In this document: in pieces, positions 19,429 through 33,590 of the stretch
How positions within the stretch are numbered: position 1 is the first letter of the stretch
Layout of the letters: every line of letters starts with the position of its first letter
DNA from: Eledone cirrhosa
Taxonomy: Eukaryota
NCBI GenBank assembly: GCA_964016885.1
Contig: OZ024742.1
Coordinates: 342,054,001-342,118,000, forward strand
Direction: 5' to 3'
DNA: 64,000 bases
Program-made: the position numbers and the translations under genes
The notes under the pieces: model-generated
The model's database searches: none
Seen by the model: the letters and a program-made list of their open reading frames with translations, nothing else
Told to the model about the DNA's origin: nothing

Positions 19429-21750
19429 CCATCCAACCCATTCAAGCGTGGAAAAATAGTGGTATGATAGTGTTTAAACTTTTCCAGTTGAATACATAAT
19501 TTACAACAGCTGGAGAGAGAGCACCAAATCAATACATAGCTACAATAATCAATACAAATGAACAGCTGCAATGGTAGCTAATATGTATCATTATCAATTG
19601 GAATGTTAAATATCTCTCTGAATCATGTGTTGTGTTGTAATGTACACAAGGCACCAGAACAACAAAACAAATAAGACAGAATAAAGAAGAAATCAGTTTT
19701 GGCTACCAAATAAAACTAAGCTTCAAACAGTCTCATGGTTTACACAATTGAAATGGTCACATTTTATGTCATACAGAACAGCCTCACCAATCCCAGCCAT
19801 ATTCAGCAAGGAGTATTTAGGAAGAACAAAACAACAGCCAATCAAATACATCAACTTCTCATAAGACCCAGGTGCTATTGGTGGTGGTTGTGGCAGAGGT
19901 GATAAGCTTATATGCCATGAAATACGATACTTTATTGTCATGAGACTTTACATTAAGATCCTGCCCTATCTTATCTATAACCTTAACCTATTATATCGAA
20001 ACCTACATAGTGTAGGTTGTTGACAATGTTATGACAGTCTTCCTCCCTAACCAATCATTTACAGCCTTAACTCTTTACTAGATTAGTTTTCATACTTTCT
20101 TTTCTCACCACACAAACTGTACAACAAATTTTATATCAGTTTCCCATACTAGATAGGTTGTCACAGTGAATAACCAGGTCTGAGAACCACACATTACTCA
20201 TACACTCCATTCTTAACGCCAACCACTTTGCATTATGTGCCACCATCACTACTACTTCAGAGTATACGGTGTGCATTTTATGACATCAGTACACCTGCTT
20301 TAGTATACTTCATGCAATATATTGTGGTGCCAATGCTACCACTTCAGAGAGTATTGTGTACATTTTACAGTGGCATCAACACTACCACTTCAATGTTCCC
20401 TACATTTTGTAGCACCAACACGACCACTTCACAATCCTCTCTAAGTTGTTACTATCTGATCAACTACTTCACACCATGTACTAAGTACATTTTATTTTTA
20501 ACAAAATTATAAGCAAACAACTTTATTTGATAATGTATTTTTAAGATAAGTTTTTAAACAAAACATGCATAGCAAAAACTATTAAGATTTAAAAACCGAC
20601 AGGAGGAAAAGAGAAAAACAAAACTGCAAATTTTCTAGTTTCACATCAGGAAACCAACAGCTCAACCATTTTAAGTCATTTTAAATTAAACGAAGGTTCC
20701 TGAAAAGAGGGGTGGAGTATGGAAGTTTGCGATGTTCATGCCTTTCCAAGAAGCATTAGTATAAATTAAATCAAGTGAAATGGTTGCAAACAAAAAATAG
20801 AAAATTAGTTGAAAACCTGAAGATTATGTCAATAGGTTTATAAAATAATGGTTTCTAATTTAGGCACAAAGCCAACAATGGTTGAGGAAGAAGAACATTA
20901 ATTTGGTTTTTGTATTGGTGTTCCCCAAAGATGGGTTGAACTAGTTCTAACTAACATATCCATAACACCACAGAGGTCACATCCACAATTACAGACGTCT
21001 GACACATCAGAGAAGTCACAGTTCCGATGGTGGACACCATATACATATGGGAGGGGCTGATATTAGCTCAAGATCTAGCTCGATCATACCAGTCCACATT
21101 TTCATATCTCCCCACCTCATACCAACACAATATAATTGTAGGTAAAACCAAGTACAATGTCCACAACATTTGATGACTTTTTCATAGATTTAATCCTTGC
21201 TATTTACCTTTTTTCTTTTAAAATGTTAAATACCTATTTCAATGGTAAGTAGTGTGGTAGAACTTGCTTAAGGAAACAATACACTACACTGTCAGCAGAA
21301 ATGAAATCCTTACTTTACAAAAAGTCAATTCAGTCACACACACAATGTTGACAATTTTACAGCACGTCACTGCACCACATAAGGTTTAAGAGAAATGAGA
21401 AAAACAGTTGAAACAGATTCACATATGCCTGACTATGTTAACCTTCACCAAAATATTCAGTTATTGTGTTTAAAACCTGTCAACAGCCTGGGGGTTTTGC
21501 TTTATTTCTCTATGTACAACACAGATACGCTTGTGTGCACAAACATACACAGAGGCACATATACCAACAAATACAGAGGCACAAGCATACAGACAGTTAT
21601 TAAATTTAATGCAGTTAACATTCAGATTAGAAAATGTAGTCAACACAATTTAGATAGCAATGCATTTATTTTTAAATTTTAGCAATAATAACCGATATTT
21701 AAAAAAATATCCAACAAATTTATTTACATGTCAAAAACACACACACACAC

Positions 21751-21792
<42 letters not shown>

Positions 21793-22996
21793 TAAGAATA
21801 TTCAGACATGCAACAGGGGAGTGAAGAATGAATAATGTCTATTTTCTGTGTATAAGCTGTACATTTTGCCTCAAATTTGACATCAAAATCTGCACCCAGT
21901 ATACTCTGTAAAGTGGTTGCTGATAGGGAGTCGAGTTCCAGAAGGTATGTAAGCAAGATGTGGCCCCTTTCCCATCTAGTCAGTCGCTCTGATTAAGTAC
22001 TCATTTGATCTGTGATAACCTGTCCAACCCTTGCTGGCAGAGAAAACAAATGATATGTGATTTTGTTGTGAAAAGCTGCTACAATTCATATCTAAAGTCT
22101 GTCTTAAGCCAGAAGGTTCGTTAGGCCAGTGTTTATCCAGTTTCATAGTGGGAGAGTACAAGGCTGCCCCCTTGGATAGAATGCCAGTCTATAACTAGGT
22201 TAAACTCTCAGCTATTGCTAGTACTCATTTTCAGCTGAGTATACTGGAACAACATGAAATGAAGTGTTTTGTTTAAGAACACAACAGACAACCCAGCCAA
22301 TGAATTGAACCCACAACGTTATGATCAAAGGTCCAATACCCTTACCACTAGCCCACATGACCCCATAATTCATAGATCTAGGGACATAGGTGAGGGGTGG
22401 AATGTTAGGACATATATATTACATTTATATGCAGGTAAATTTTGGTGTCAAATTTTGAGAAAAAGAAAGTTTGCCATATAGTGAAAATGCAGTATTATCT
22501 AGTCAAATATTTTCTATCTTTAGAGAAGTTTGCATGAAGGTGAGATTTAGCAGCAAGTCTACCTCAAGTGTATTGGAAATATTTCTATAAGGGTTTTATG
22601 TCTACTTTCCCATGTTGGCATGGCTTGGACAATGATGATTCAAATTAAGACTATCATTTACTGCATTTAGTATGCCTTCAATTATCTCAAATTTAGGCCA
22701 CTGACTCTTCAGTTAGAATTATGCAAATCACCCTTGGTCAAAAACATTCACCTCCTTTTGTATATTACTCAGATCAAATCTAAATAATGTACTGTGTTTA
22801 TGAGGTCAAAGTTTGAACTGAAACATGTCCATAACTGTCTTCCGTTTCCAAAGATCAGATTTTCCTTTTCCAGAAGCATGTTAATTAAAACTTCAATCTA
22901 TACTTAATTTCTTCAAATTATTTCCCCTTCTTCACAGCTTACAATTATATATTTTCCAAGCAGGGAAAAGCAGACGCGCGTGTGTGTGTGTGTGTG

Positions 22997-23041
<45 letters not shown>

Positions 23042-23328
23042 GGGAACTGATTCTGGCTTGATTTCTACAGCTGGATGCCCTTCCTAACACCAACCTCATT
23101 TACAGTGAGTGCTGGGTGCTTTTTTGCCGTGGCACCTACACGACCACTTTGCAGTAGTGGAATGATAGGGACCCCAGTCTATCATCTCATTTCTACAACT
23201 GAGTAAACTGGAGCAATGTGAAATAAAGTGTCTTGCTCAAGGAAACAACACATCACCCGGTCTGAGATTGAACTCGCAACCTTTCGATTGCAAGGCCAAT
23301 GCTCTAACCACTAAGCCATGTGCCTCCA
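23042..23328 (-). mobile_element. SINE family A copy
   Basis: Near-identical to 14933-15207. Confidence 0.9.
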
Positions 23329-23831
23329 TATATATATATGCAGGATACACACACACTAACTGGTGAAATATTGTTTAGCTTGATGAGGTTGATAAAAATA
23401 TTTTGAATATGACTGACACAATGTGGACATCATTTAATTATAAACACAACTCGACAAGATTTAAAGATGTAAGAAAATGGTTTTGGACTTTATTTTGATG
23501 AAAAGACATTGATAGAATACAAATTCTTTGTAACTAACCGACACCAAAATCTAGTAAGAAAATTAAGACAAGACTGATATAACAATAGTGAAAGGTTTTA
23601 TGGAGGAAAAGCTGGAACAAGAGTTTTGATAGACTTTATTATTTCAATCACAATCAAGAACTGTTTATTAAAAAATGCACCATCAAAATATTAAGACTTG
23701 ATTAAGATTAGCAGACTAAACAACAAACAAAGCTACAACTGTTTGTGTTTATAACTTTATATAATCAGATCTCAAATACAACCATGCATCATTATATATG
23801 GTCCCATATTGATGAATTCTTTGTATGTATG

Positions 23832-23892
<61 letters not shown>

Positions 23893-26339
23893 TTCAAGGT
23901 AAGTTTTTGCTACCAATTATCACTATCACTAGAAAATAGATATGAATAATCTGAGGGTTATAACTCCTGCGGCAGAAGAAAGTGGATAACTGCATATTGG
24001 ATTATCTACTTTTTCTGCCTCAAAGGGTTAACACCACCACTCACCCAACCCTGGACTTATTCACAACTATCTTAGTGATAATTCACATTGTGGTTCTTTC
24101 CTCAATAACAAAAGCATACTTTGAAATATCAATCTCCCATTTATATATAGAGCCTATGTATTATATATTATAAAAGCTTGTTACCTAGTTTTAGATTAGA
24201 CTACACTTCAAAACATGCAAGATTTATTTCCCCCTAGAAACGCAGCAGCAGCAATGGGGAGGGTGCAGATACCTACCACAGATACAGCTTCACTGCCTGG
24301 TTTTTGTCCAGATACCTTAGCAAAAAAGTAATGTCACTTAAGTCAAGAATCATCAGTGTAACAGCCACTCGTAACAATCAGAGATACCATAAATACTAAA
24401 AATTACATACCGAATTATTACTACTACTGACATCCCATACCAAAGTGTAAAAGTAAAGTGTCCTAGTAACGTCATGCAAAGAGAGATAATTCAATTTTAA
24501 CGAAGTTATCTCCCTTGCTAACTATATTTAACTAGAACTCGTTACATAATGGTAATAGTGACAACAACATTTGCCGAAGTGGCTAACAAATGCCAGGTCA
24601 TGTTACATAGGTACACGGGTTTTAATTTTTACATTTTTCAAATTTAATGATGCTTATTTCACAAAACAAAAATATCCCTTTATATGACTGGTCATGTTGG
24701 AAACAACTTTTGTCGCCGTAATATTACATCTAATTAATAATTAACCAGTATTCATCATCATCGTTTAAAGCCAATTTCTTCCACGCTTGCATGGGTTAAA
24801 TGGATCGTCCACTTTATAAGTCTGGCCAGTTGGCCAACGCATACCTTGCTCAAACGGAACAATTTTGACTGGGGTTTTTTCTGTCTTTTTAGTGGGAGGC
24901 CCTACCTAATACCAACCACATTTATAGCGTGAAATATACCAATGAGAAATGTACTTTAATGTTTTTATTTTAAAAATTAGTATCTAGATATTTTATAACA
25001 AGCACCATGAAATTTAGAAAATAAAATTGTTTATTATAGATATGCAACACCACCCGATATTTATTTACAGTGGTAAAAGTATATTGCCAACATTAAAACA
25101 CTTATGTGTGTGTGTACATATATACGTGTATATATGTACACACACACATGCACTAATTTGAGAAAGAAAAGAACATATCCACTGATAGGACTTTAACCAT
25201 ATTTTCACTAATAGCTTACCCAAACAGGGTTGCATGGCACCTTAAAAAGTGCCAAGTGATTTGCCAGATTATCTTAGTATCAGGTTTGGGAGAATGATAT
25301 ATTCCATATAGTGGCTATGGTAGCAATATCATACAGCAGGTGATAGTTTTAGTCCTATTAATGGACATTTTGTACCTTTACTATCTCAACTTGATGTTTA
25401 TATCTAACATTATCCACACTTCATACCCATCTATCTAATGCAAAAGCCTAACATCATTCATCACCTACCCCATCCTATTTGGATTAAGCCAATTGTTTGC
25501 CCTTATCTCGTACCCATTTAGAACCGAGACAGTTCTGCACTAAATTTAAATATATTAGTTCTGATTTCAAATCTTGCCAGAATGGTTAACATGAGTACCA
25601 GTAATACAGTTTCTTTAAACTATACCTTCTTTAGTTAAAACATTTTAAAGACATCCAACTTATATGTATACACATACTTTATATAATCCAGGTATGTAGT
25701 GATGTGTTGAATGCCATATACAAACTTTCTTCGTTGAAATTAGCCTCAGTTAAAGGAAAAAACCTGGTGGCAATTGCTAGCAACTCAAGAGAAAAGGGAG
25801 ATAATTTCATGAGTGCTGGGTGCTTTTATGCCGTGGCACCTCCACGACCACTTTGCAGTAGAATGATATGGACCCCAGTCCCTATCATCTCATTTCTACA
25901 GCTGAGTAAACTGGAGCAATGTGAAATAAAGTGTCTTGCTCAAGGAAACAACACATCACCCAGTCTGAGAATTGAACTCAACTCCTGGGAGTGTGTTTGG
26001 CACAGAGTCCTCAGACATGCCTTCAAGAGGGTCCTATTAGAGGCAACCATCTCCAATTGATACAGCTGGATCCTCAAGCGAGACCAACTCAGCTCATGTA
26101 TGTTACCCAACTATCTCGTTGTCTACCTCAGTCTCAATTATTGATACATGTAATTTATGTAACTAGATGGTCTAAGGAAGTATAGCTTTATGTCAATGTG
26201 AACATCCAACAACATTCCAGCCAGGACACTTTAGGTGTGCCCATACTGACCCTTTCTAAAACTATTTCAACTAATTGACGAATCTAAGGGGTGTACTAAA
26301 TAAAGACAGGATCACATCTCACACCTATGTCTACTTTTC

Positions 26340-26408
26340 AGGCTGGCATGTGTTGGACAGGCTGGCATGTGTTGGACAGGCTGGCATGTGTTGGACAGGC
26401 TGGCATGT
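26340..26408 (+). repeat. 19-bp tandem repeat (GGCTGGCATGTGTTGGACA) x ~3.5
   Basis: Direct inspection. The unit resembles the GGCATGGGTTGGACA motif of retroelement tails elsewhere in the window (e.g. 3074, 22616). Confidence 0.85.
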
Positions 26409-26700
26409 TCTGAGTAAGTTAATACTTAGAATTACCCCACCCCAAAGATGTGACAGGATGACCTCTCACAGTTAAGTATTTCTATTTAAACAGATGTAGA
26501 ACCAAATGATTTTGAGAGAAAGAAAGTGATCCGATTCACAATTGGAATATTACTGGTATTTTGTTTTCATCAATCACAGAAATATATGTATCAACATAGG
26601 TGCAATTTGAACTCAGAACAGTGCAATTTGAAATCAACAGTGCAGTATCAAGTCTAAAACAGAACATCCATTGAAACAGCATTATCAGTCACCTCTTTAC

Positions 26701-26731
<31 letters not shown>

Positions 26732-27165
26732 TTTAGAAATAAATATAACACATCAGACAAGTAAAATAATGTGGCATTTGTTCATTTACTGGTAAAACCT
26801 TGTAAATACTTCACATAAATTGTGGTTTATATAAGCACATACTGTTACCACAATTGTATTAAACTGTATATCCTTTGAACCACAATAATCAGTGGATCAG
26901 AAGGTAAATCTAAAAACCTTTTGAGTGCAGTAAACTAAGGCAAACAGTACTCTAACAGAGCGTGAATTCAAATTTATCTTATGTAAAAACTATATTTAAA
27001 ACACAATCAAGCAAGCCATAAAAAACAAGTTACTATATATAAAAATATATATGTATATAATGTACATGTCATTAAAGACAAGTTACAACCCATCCGACTA
27101 TTTGTGCGTGTATTCACTTTATATACATAGTATTTTGATCTACATCAAATATATTTGATCTTTAC

Positions 27166-27276
27166 CTTGCTTCGCAGACGATTGAGCTCTTGTTTGAGAG
27201 GTTCGACTGCCCGGTTAACTTCTTCAGAAACAACAGTTTTAATTGTCTGCAGGAGAACTGGATCAAGTGCTGCCAT
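27166..27276 (-). CDS. GAPDH: Candidate alternative upstream coding exon of GAPDH (MAALDPVLLQTIKTVVSEEVNRAVEPLKQELNRLRSK)
   Basis: ACAATGG Kozak context, in-frame upstream TAG (27304-27306), 37 open codons ending AAG|GTAAAG (phase 0). Joining to 2819 reads TCT TCA AAG AAA ATG in frame. Confidence 0.65.
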
Positions 27277-29397
27277 TGTAGCCACTGGGAACAATACGGC
27301 TGACTAAGTTGGCTTGAAAAGGGTTAATTCCTCACCAGAACTGATTATCAGAACAGGAGTATGTAGGTAAGAGTTAATTTTTTTCTTTTTTTTTTAAGGA
27401 ATGTCTAGTATATTAATAAGGGACTATATACACCAGATAGTGTTAATAACTTTACTACAGTATCAAGCTGTTGTATAGGTTTAGCACAGTAACTAGACAC
27501 CAAAAGAGTTATTAATGCTGCCACTCTACCAGTCTCATGCAGCAAGCAGTTTATACAATAAATTTTGCATACAATTAATGAACTCCACAAATCATTAATT
27601 TTTACAGTTTGCCATTATTTACAGACTAATTCAGCAGTTAAATGAATCATATATTCATATTCCTAAATGTTTTACAATAAAGTAAAAATAAAATCCGATA
27701 TAAAATTCCTCAAACAAGTAAGCTTTTAAAGTTTCCACAAAAACTTTAGTGAGGAAGCTGCAGAGAATATGACGGAAACTGCCACCACAAAAATGAATGT
27801 TTTTTAAAACTACTAAAACAATTATGATGTAATTGTTTCAGTTTCAATGACGGTGCCCCTGCATGGCCTCAGCCTCTTGGCTGGAACATGTAACAGTCTC
27901 AGATCAAGTCACTTGATAAAACATGTATATTATTTTCCTGACATATGTACATTATTCTATGTACTATACATGCACCTTTGATGAGTTGTAGTGCACCTGA
28001 GCACTGTACACAATAATTTCATTATTATTATTATCTCAGATCAAAATCCACAGCCAATCATATTTTAAATACTACAAGCTATTGCAACAAACTTCTTTAA
28101 TCCACGAGCATGGCTCCTCATAAAATACCTGATGTCTATATGTAAGGTTGGTATTACTACTAGCAAAGCAGTTGATATATTAGTCACTCCACAAACAAAA
28201 CCCTACAAAGCATTAGATAAAGCTAACATGTACAATGTCCATTCATATAAAACTTGTAACACACAAAAACAAAAACGTTTTATATATTTAAAAAAACTGT
28301 AGAGCCCATTTAACCAAAGGACTGGATCAGGTCTGAAGTACTGCATCACCCACTAATATATCCAGTTTTCTAAATAGCCCGAGCTAAAGTCTACACCTGT
28401 GTATCTAGCAATCTTGGGAAACCTTGCGTGTATCCACAACTCACAATTAAGCATCATCCCATTTCCCCCAAATAAAACAATTTTAAATTAGTTTGTTAAG
28501 TTGAAACTTTTGACACTTGCTTTAACCATACTAAAATAATTACTCAACCTGGACTTTCAACTACACAGTCCACACAGCCACACCAAATCATGTGGCATGC
28601 CATAACATACAACCCTCCTCACTGCTGCTAGGGGGCAAATATGTTTAAGTGATTAATTTCTTGATCACAGGAAATTATATATCTAAGTTAATTATAAAAC
28701 TTTGTATAAAACTGATCCTTTAAGGTTCAGAAATGTACCTCTGAGGTCTGTATCCTGCATAAAATGGTGGTCTGGTTAGCCTTAATGGAAGCACCAGCCC
28801 TAGCCCTACCTCATTATTTCATCCCAGGTCCTACCACTAATTCACGTATATTCTATCAGTTCTCTTATTCAACACAAACATTCAGGGTTGGTAGATTATG
28901 CTACTTTTCATAACTGCTCTACTAACTATAAGCTATCATTCTAAAGTTAATTTAAAAAAATAAATTTAAGAATCCTATTGAACACCACATTAAGCTATCA
29001 ACTAAAATTAGAACTAATCAAAAACAATCCTTATATTTACTAGCTAAATGTTCATTTTGGGCTACTTTCTAACAATACATTACCTTTTCAAAGATATGGT
29101 ATATATATATATTTTTTTTTTTATTAAATTTATTTGGCAGCATTGTATAGATCTAGTTATAATGGTTTCTAATTTAGGCACAAGGCCAACTAGGGAAGGC
29201 CTTATTTCATCAAACTTGGAAGGATGAAAGGCAAAGTTAACTTCAGCAGAATTTGAACTCAAAATGTCAACAGCTACTTCTAGTCATAATACATGCCCAT
29301 ACCAGTTAGCTCACCTATCTGAATTAACCAACAGTACCTAACAATTTGATTGCATCCTTCAGCTTACCTGCTCACACCTTTTTCATGATCATGAACA

Positions 29398-29630
29398 GAT
29401 CATCATCATCAACGTTTAACGTCCGTGTTCCACGCTTGCATGGGTTTGGACGGGGGTATTCCCACTTGAGGCAAGAGTGATTGTCTTGCTCGCATAGGAC
29501 TATCTGGCAGGTTTTCTACAGTTGGATGCCCTTCCTAACACCAACCACATTTACAGTGTGGGTCTGGGAGGTTTTTACCGCGTTGCCTACACGGCCACAT
29601 TACAGCGTGGACTGTGTTTTTTTTGTCGTA
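29398..29630 (-). mobile_element. 3'-UTR-only RTE copy
   Basis: Near-identical to 9080-9260 and to the reverse complement of 8340-8660. Confidence 0.88.
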
Positions 29631-29737
29631 TATATATATATATCGCACAAATGTTAGTTGTTTGAACTTATTGTCATAACATTACACAAGTCACCAACTT
29701 TGCATCATATACCATATTTGTCTATATTATATTCAGC

Positions 29738-29905
29738 TGGCAGTATCGGTAGAGAGTCGGACGCCATGCTTTCTAGCATAGTTACGTCCCTTTACAGTCT
29801 GAGTTCAAATCCCGCCGAGGTTAACTTTGCCTTTCATCCTTACGGGGTCGATAAAATAAAGTACCAGTAATGTACTGGTAATTGCTGGCCTTGTGCCTCA
29901 AGAAG
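29738..29905 (+). mobile_element. tRNA-derived SINE family B with a Deu/Nin-like central domain (other copies about 43755-44165, 47415-47560, 49850-50185, 54520-55085; minus-strand copies about 29160-29265, 44770-44940, 58870-59220)
   Basis: A-box-like GGCAGTATCGG, B-box GAGTTCAAATCC, conserved GCCTTTCATCCTTACGGGGTCGATAAAATAAAGTACCAG repeated at many loci. Confidence 0.85.
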
Positions 29906-32409
29906 AAAATTATATTCAGCTAGATAAACCTCATCAATACTGCTGATCAGTCACCTTAACCATTTTAATACCAATCCACTTGCTTTATGATACAAATCTT
30001 TATTTTAAAGTATTTATCTAAAAACCGTCATAATTTTATGTAAGAACCTTTATGAAGTTATGCTCCAAACACCAGTAAATCTTCCAAATTATTTGAACTC
30101 ATTGGTAGTGTCCTTCATTAGAAATATAACAAAAGTGTTCACTTCTTCAACTCACCCCAGTTCACATCAAACTTAATTTGTAACAAGCTAAAAAACTAAA
30201 CTGAAGCAAAATAAAAAAAATAAAATCCTCCTGAAAACATGGCCAGACTACCAAACTGCAGAGCATAACAGGTCTTGTTGACACTGCATAAAATACAGTG
30301 CCATCTTGTTTATGTCCCATAACTTAGTAATTCAATGAGTGAAGAACAATGGAATAAGTACCACAAGTAATGCTTGGCATCAGGAAAGGCATCCAGTCAT
30401 AAAATACTGTCAAGTCTCATCCAACCAGCATGGGTTGGACAACAATAACAAAGCCAGTGGGTATAGTATGGCCCTCAACTAGACATATATGGTACATCTT
30501 AAACAATGGACCGGTGGATCATACCTGTCACTGAACCTACAACTGTGACAAAGACCTGCTAAATTCTCTTCTACAGCCTGTCTCAAACCATGAGGCTCAT
30601 CTCGGTTTCTTGACATGAAGCAACTGAGTATACAAGACCCCCGGACACGACACCAGTCCATCACAGGGTTAAACCCCCAGCTATTGCTGATCCTCATTTT
30701 CAGCTGAGTATACTGGAGCAATGTGAAATGAAGAGTTTTTCTCTTCACAACTCACAACCCAACCTAAGAATCTAACCCACAACATTATGATCATAAGTCA
30801 AACACTTACCACTAATACTAAATTCAAGTTATACAGATCAATATTGATTGATTTCAATCCCTTTAATATTACTTCACATGAATATCAATTTTTTAAAACT
30901 TTTCATTATTTTACTTCTAATAAAACACATTGCCTATTTTCAAAATTATTTGAAAACCCAAATCAGGGATTTGAAGGGATTTAGTAATATAACTAACTGT
31001 TCAGTATAACATAAGTGGCATTCCCATTATTAATCTGTAACAAAGGTTTTTTAATAAATATGAACATTTTAAAACAGTTTTGTATTGTAGAGATAGTTTG
31101 AAATGAAAACGTTTGAAAGAAGTTATTTATTAAATTTGTGATAGGGGGTGGAGTGGTATGTTTATACATATTTCATTTCATATTCAGTAAAAACTATAAT
31201 TTAACTGCATTCTGCTTTTATCTCTTTCACACAAACACAGACAGCCAGAAGTAAAACTTGCCACTCCTATGCTTCAATGCCTGTATAAATATATCAAATT
31301 AGCATTTCTACATCCTAAAAAGAACTTTTGACCATAAAACTAGTCAAACAAGAAAGAAGAAAGACACTCTTTGCCCCAAACAATGATTCTTTTGTAAGTA
31401 AACAGGAATGAGCCCAAGAAGAGAAGAGTGCACAGCTTGAGTGAAGGTCTGGGTTTAGCTCCACTAACCCTGTCCTCATATCATGCCACAATGAACTGCT
31501 ATACCTTAAAGTTCACTAACAAGGACGGACGGAAATAGGAGAAAAAAATGGAAGGAGAAAGGTGGGAGAGCACCTAAAATGAGGAGTAGGGGAGCAAATG
31601 AAAAGGTGAAAGAAAAATGATTTGTCCACATCACCCCAAGAGAAAAGGGAGCAGATATGGAAATTGAAAAAGAAAGCAAAGAAATTAGAATAACCAAAAA
31701 GGTGTGATGCGAGAGAAATGGGGAAAGGTGAGATTTACAAAGAGGCTGGGGAAGGAGGGCGACTAATGTAGGAAATGTGGAATGGAGTGGTTAATAATGA
31801 GAGGCAGGTTTAGAAAGAAAGAGTGCAGGGAAGTGAGATGCTAAGAGAAATAGGGGGAGGAACGGGAAGGAAATGGCTAGAAAAAGAGATGCTAAGAGCA
31901 ATAGAGAGAGCGGGGGGCGGGGGGGGATATGCTAATCGCAATAGAGAGGGAGAGAGAAGTAGAGAGATGCAAATAGCAAAAGAGGAAGAAGTTGCTATAT
32001 AAAGATGCAAACAGAGGGGAGGGAGGGGCTATAGAGAATAAAAAGAAGAGGGGGAGAGAGATGTAAATGGCAAACAAGCATCTTTAGAGAGGTGGGGAGA
32101 GGAAACAGCTGACGAGTTGCAGCTTCTATTCATTAAAATCAGTGGAAGGCAGATGAAAATACTTGAATCTTTCAAGCATTACCACTACATATTGATCCGT
32201 TTGTGGACAAACTGGACCAAGCAAGCTATTGCAGCATGCAGCCCTTTGTAGAGAAGGTTACGGGTACTTTACCCATCTCTGCTATAACACACCCCGGGGA
32301 TGCAGAGAGAGAGATAGGGGGAGGGGGGTCAGGGTAAAACAACACATACAAGATAGCTAACAGTGAAAGTGAAGCCGCTTTTCTTTATCTTAACCGGCTA
32401 CAATCTTTG

Positions 32410-33590
32410 CCACCACCATCACTACTATTCCACTCCTATCACCACCACTATGCCACTCCTATCACCACCACTATGCCACTCCTATCACCACCACTATGCC
32501 ACTCCTATCACCACCACTATGCCACTCCTATCACCACCACTATGCCACTCCTATCACCACCACTATGCCACTCCTATCACCACCACTATTCCACTCCTAT
32601 CACCACCGCTATTCCACTCCTATCACCACCGCTATGCCACTCCTATCACCACCACTATGCCACTCCTATCACCACCACTATGCCACTCCTATCACCACCA
32701 CTATGCCACTCCTATCACCACCACTATGCCACTCCTATCACCACCACTATTCCACTCCTATCACCACCACTATGCCACTCCTATCACCACCACTATTCCA
32801 CTCCTATCACCACCGCTATTCCACTCCTATCACCACCGCTATTCCACTCCTATCACCACCGCTATTCCACTCCTATCACCACCACTATTCCACTCCTATC
32901 ACCACCACTATTCCACTCCTATCACCACCGCTATTCCACTCCTATCACCACCACTATTCCACTCCTATCACCACCACTATTCCACTCCTATCACCACCAC
33001 TATTCCACTCCTATCACCACCACTATTCCACTCCTATCACCACCGCTATTCCACTCCTATCACCACCGCTATTCCACTCCTATCACCACCACTATTCCAC
33101 TCCTATCACCACCACTATTCCACTCCTATCACCACCACTATTCCACTCCTATCACCACCACTATTCCACTCCTATCACCACCACTATTCCACTCCTATCA
33201 CCACCACTATTCCACTCCTATCACCACCGCTATTCCACTCCTATCACCACCACTATTCCACTCCTATCACCACCACTATTCCACTCCTATCACCACCGCT
33301 ATTCCACTCCTATCACCACCGCTATTCCACTCCTATCACCACCACTATTCCACTCCTATCACCACCGCTATTCCACTCCTATCACCACCACTATTCCACT
33401 CCTATCACCACCACTATGCCACTCCTATCACCACCACTATGCCACTCCTATCACCACCACTATGCCACTCCTATCACCACCACTATGCCACTCCTATCAC
33501 CACCACTATTCCACTCCTATCACCACCACTATGCCACTCCTATCACCACCACTATTCCACTCCTATCACCACCGCTATTCCACTCCTATC
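32410..33590. repeat. 23-bp minisatellite CCACTCCTATCACCACC(A/G)CTAT(G/T), about 51 copies
   Basis: Direct inspection; only two variable positions per unit. Confidence 0.97.
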
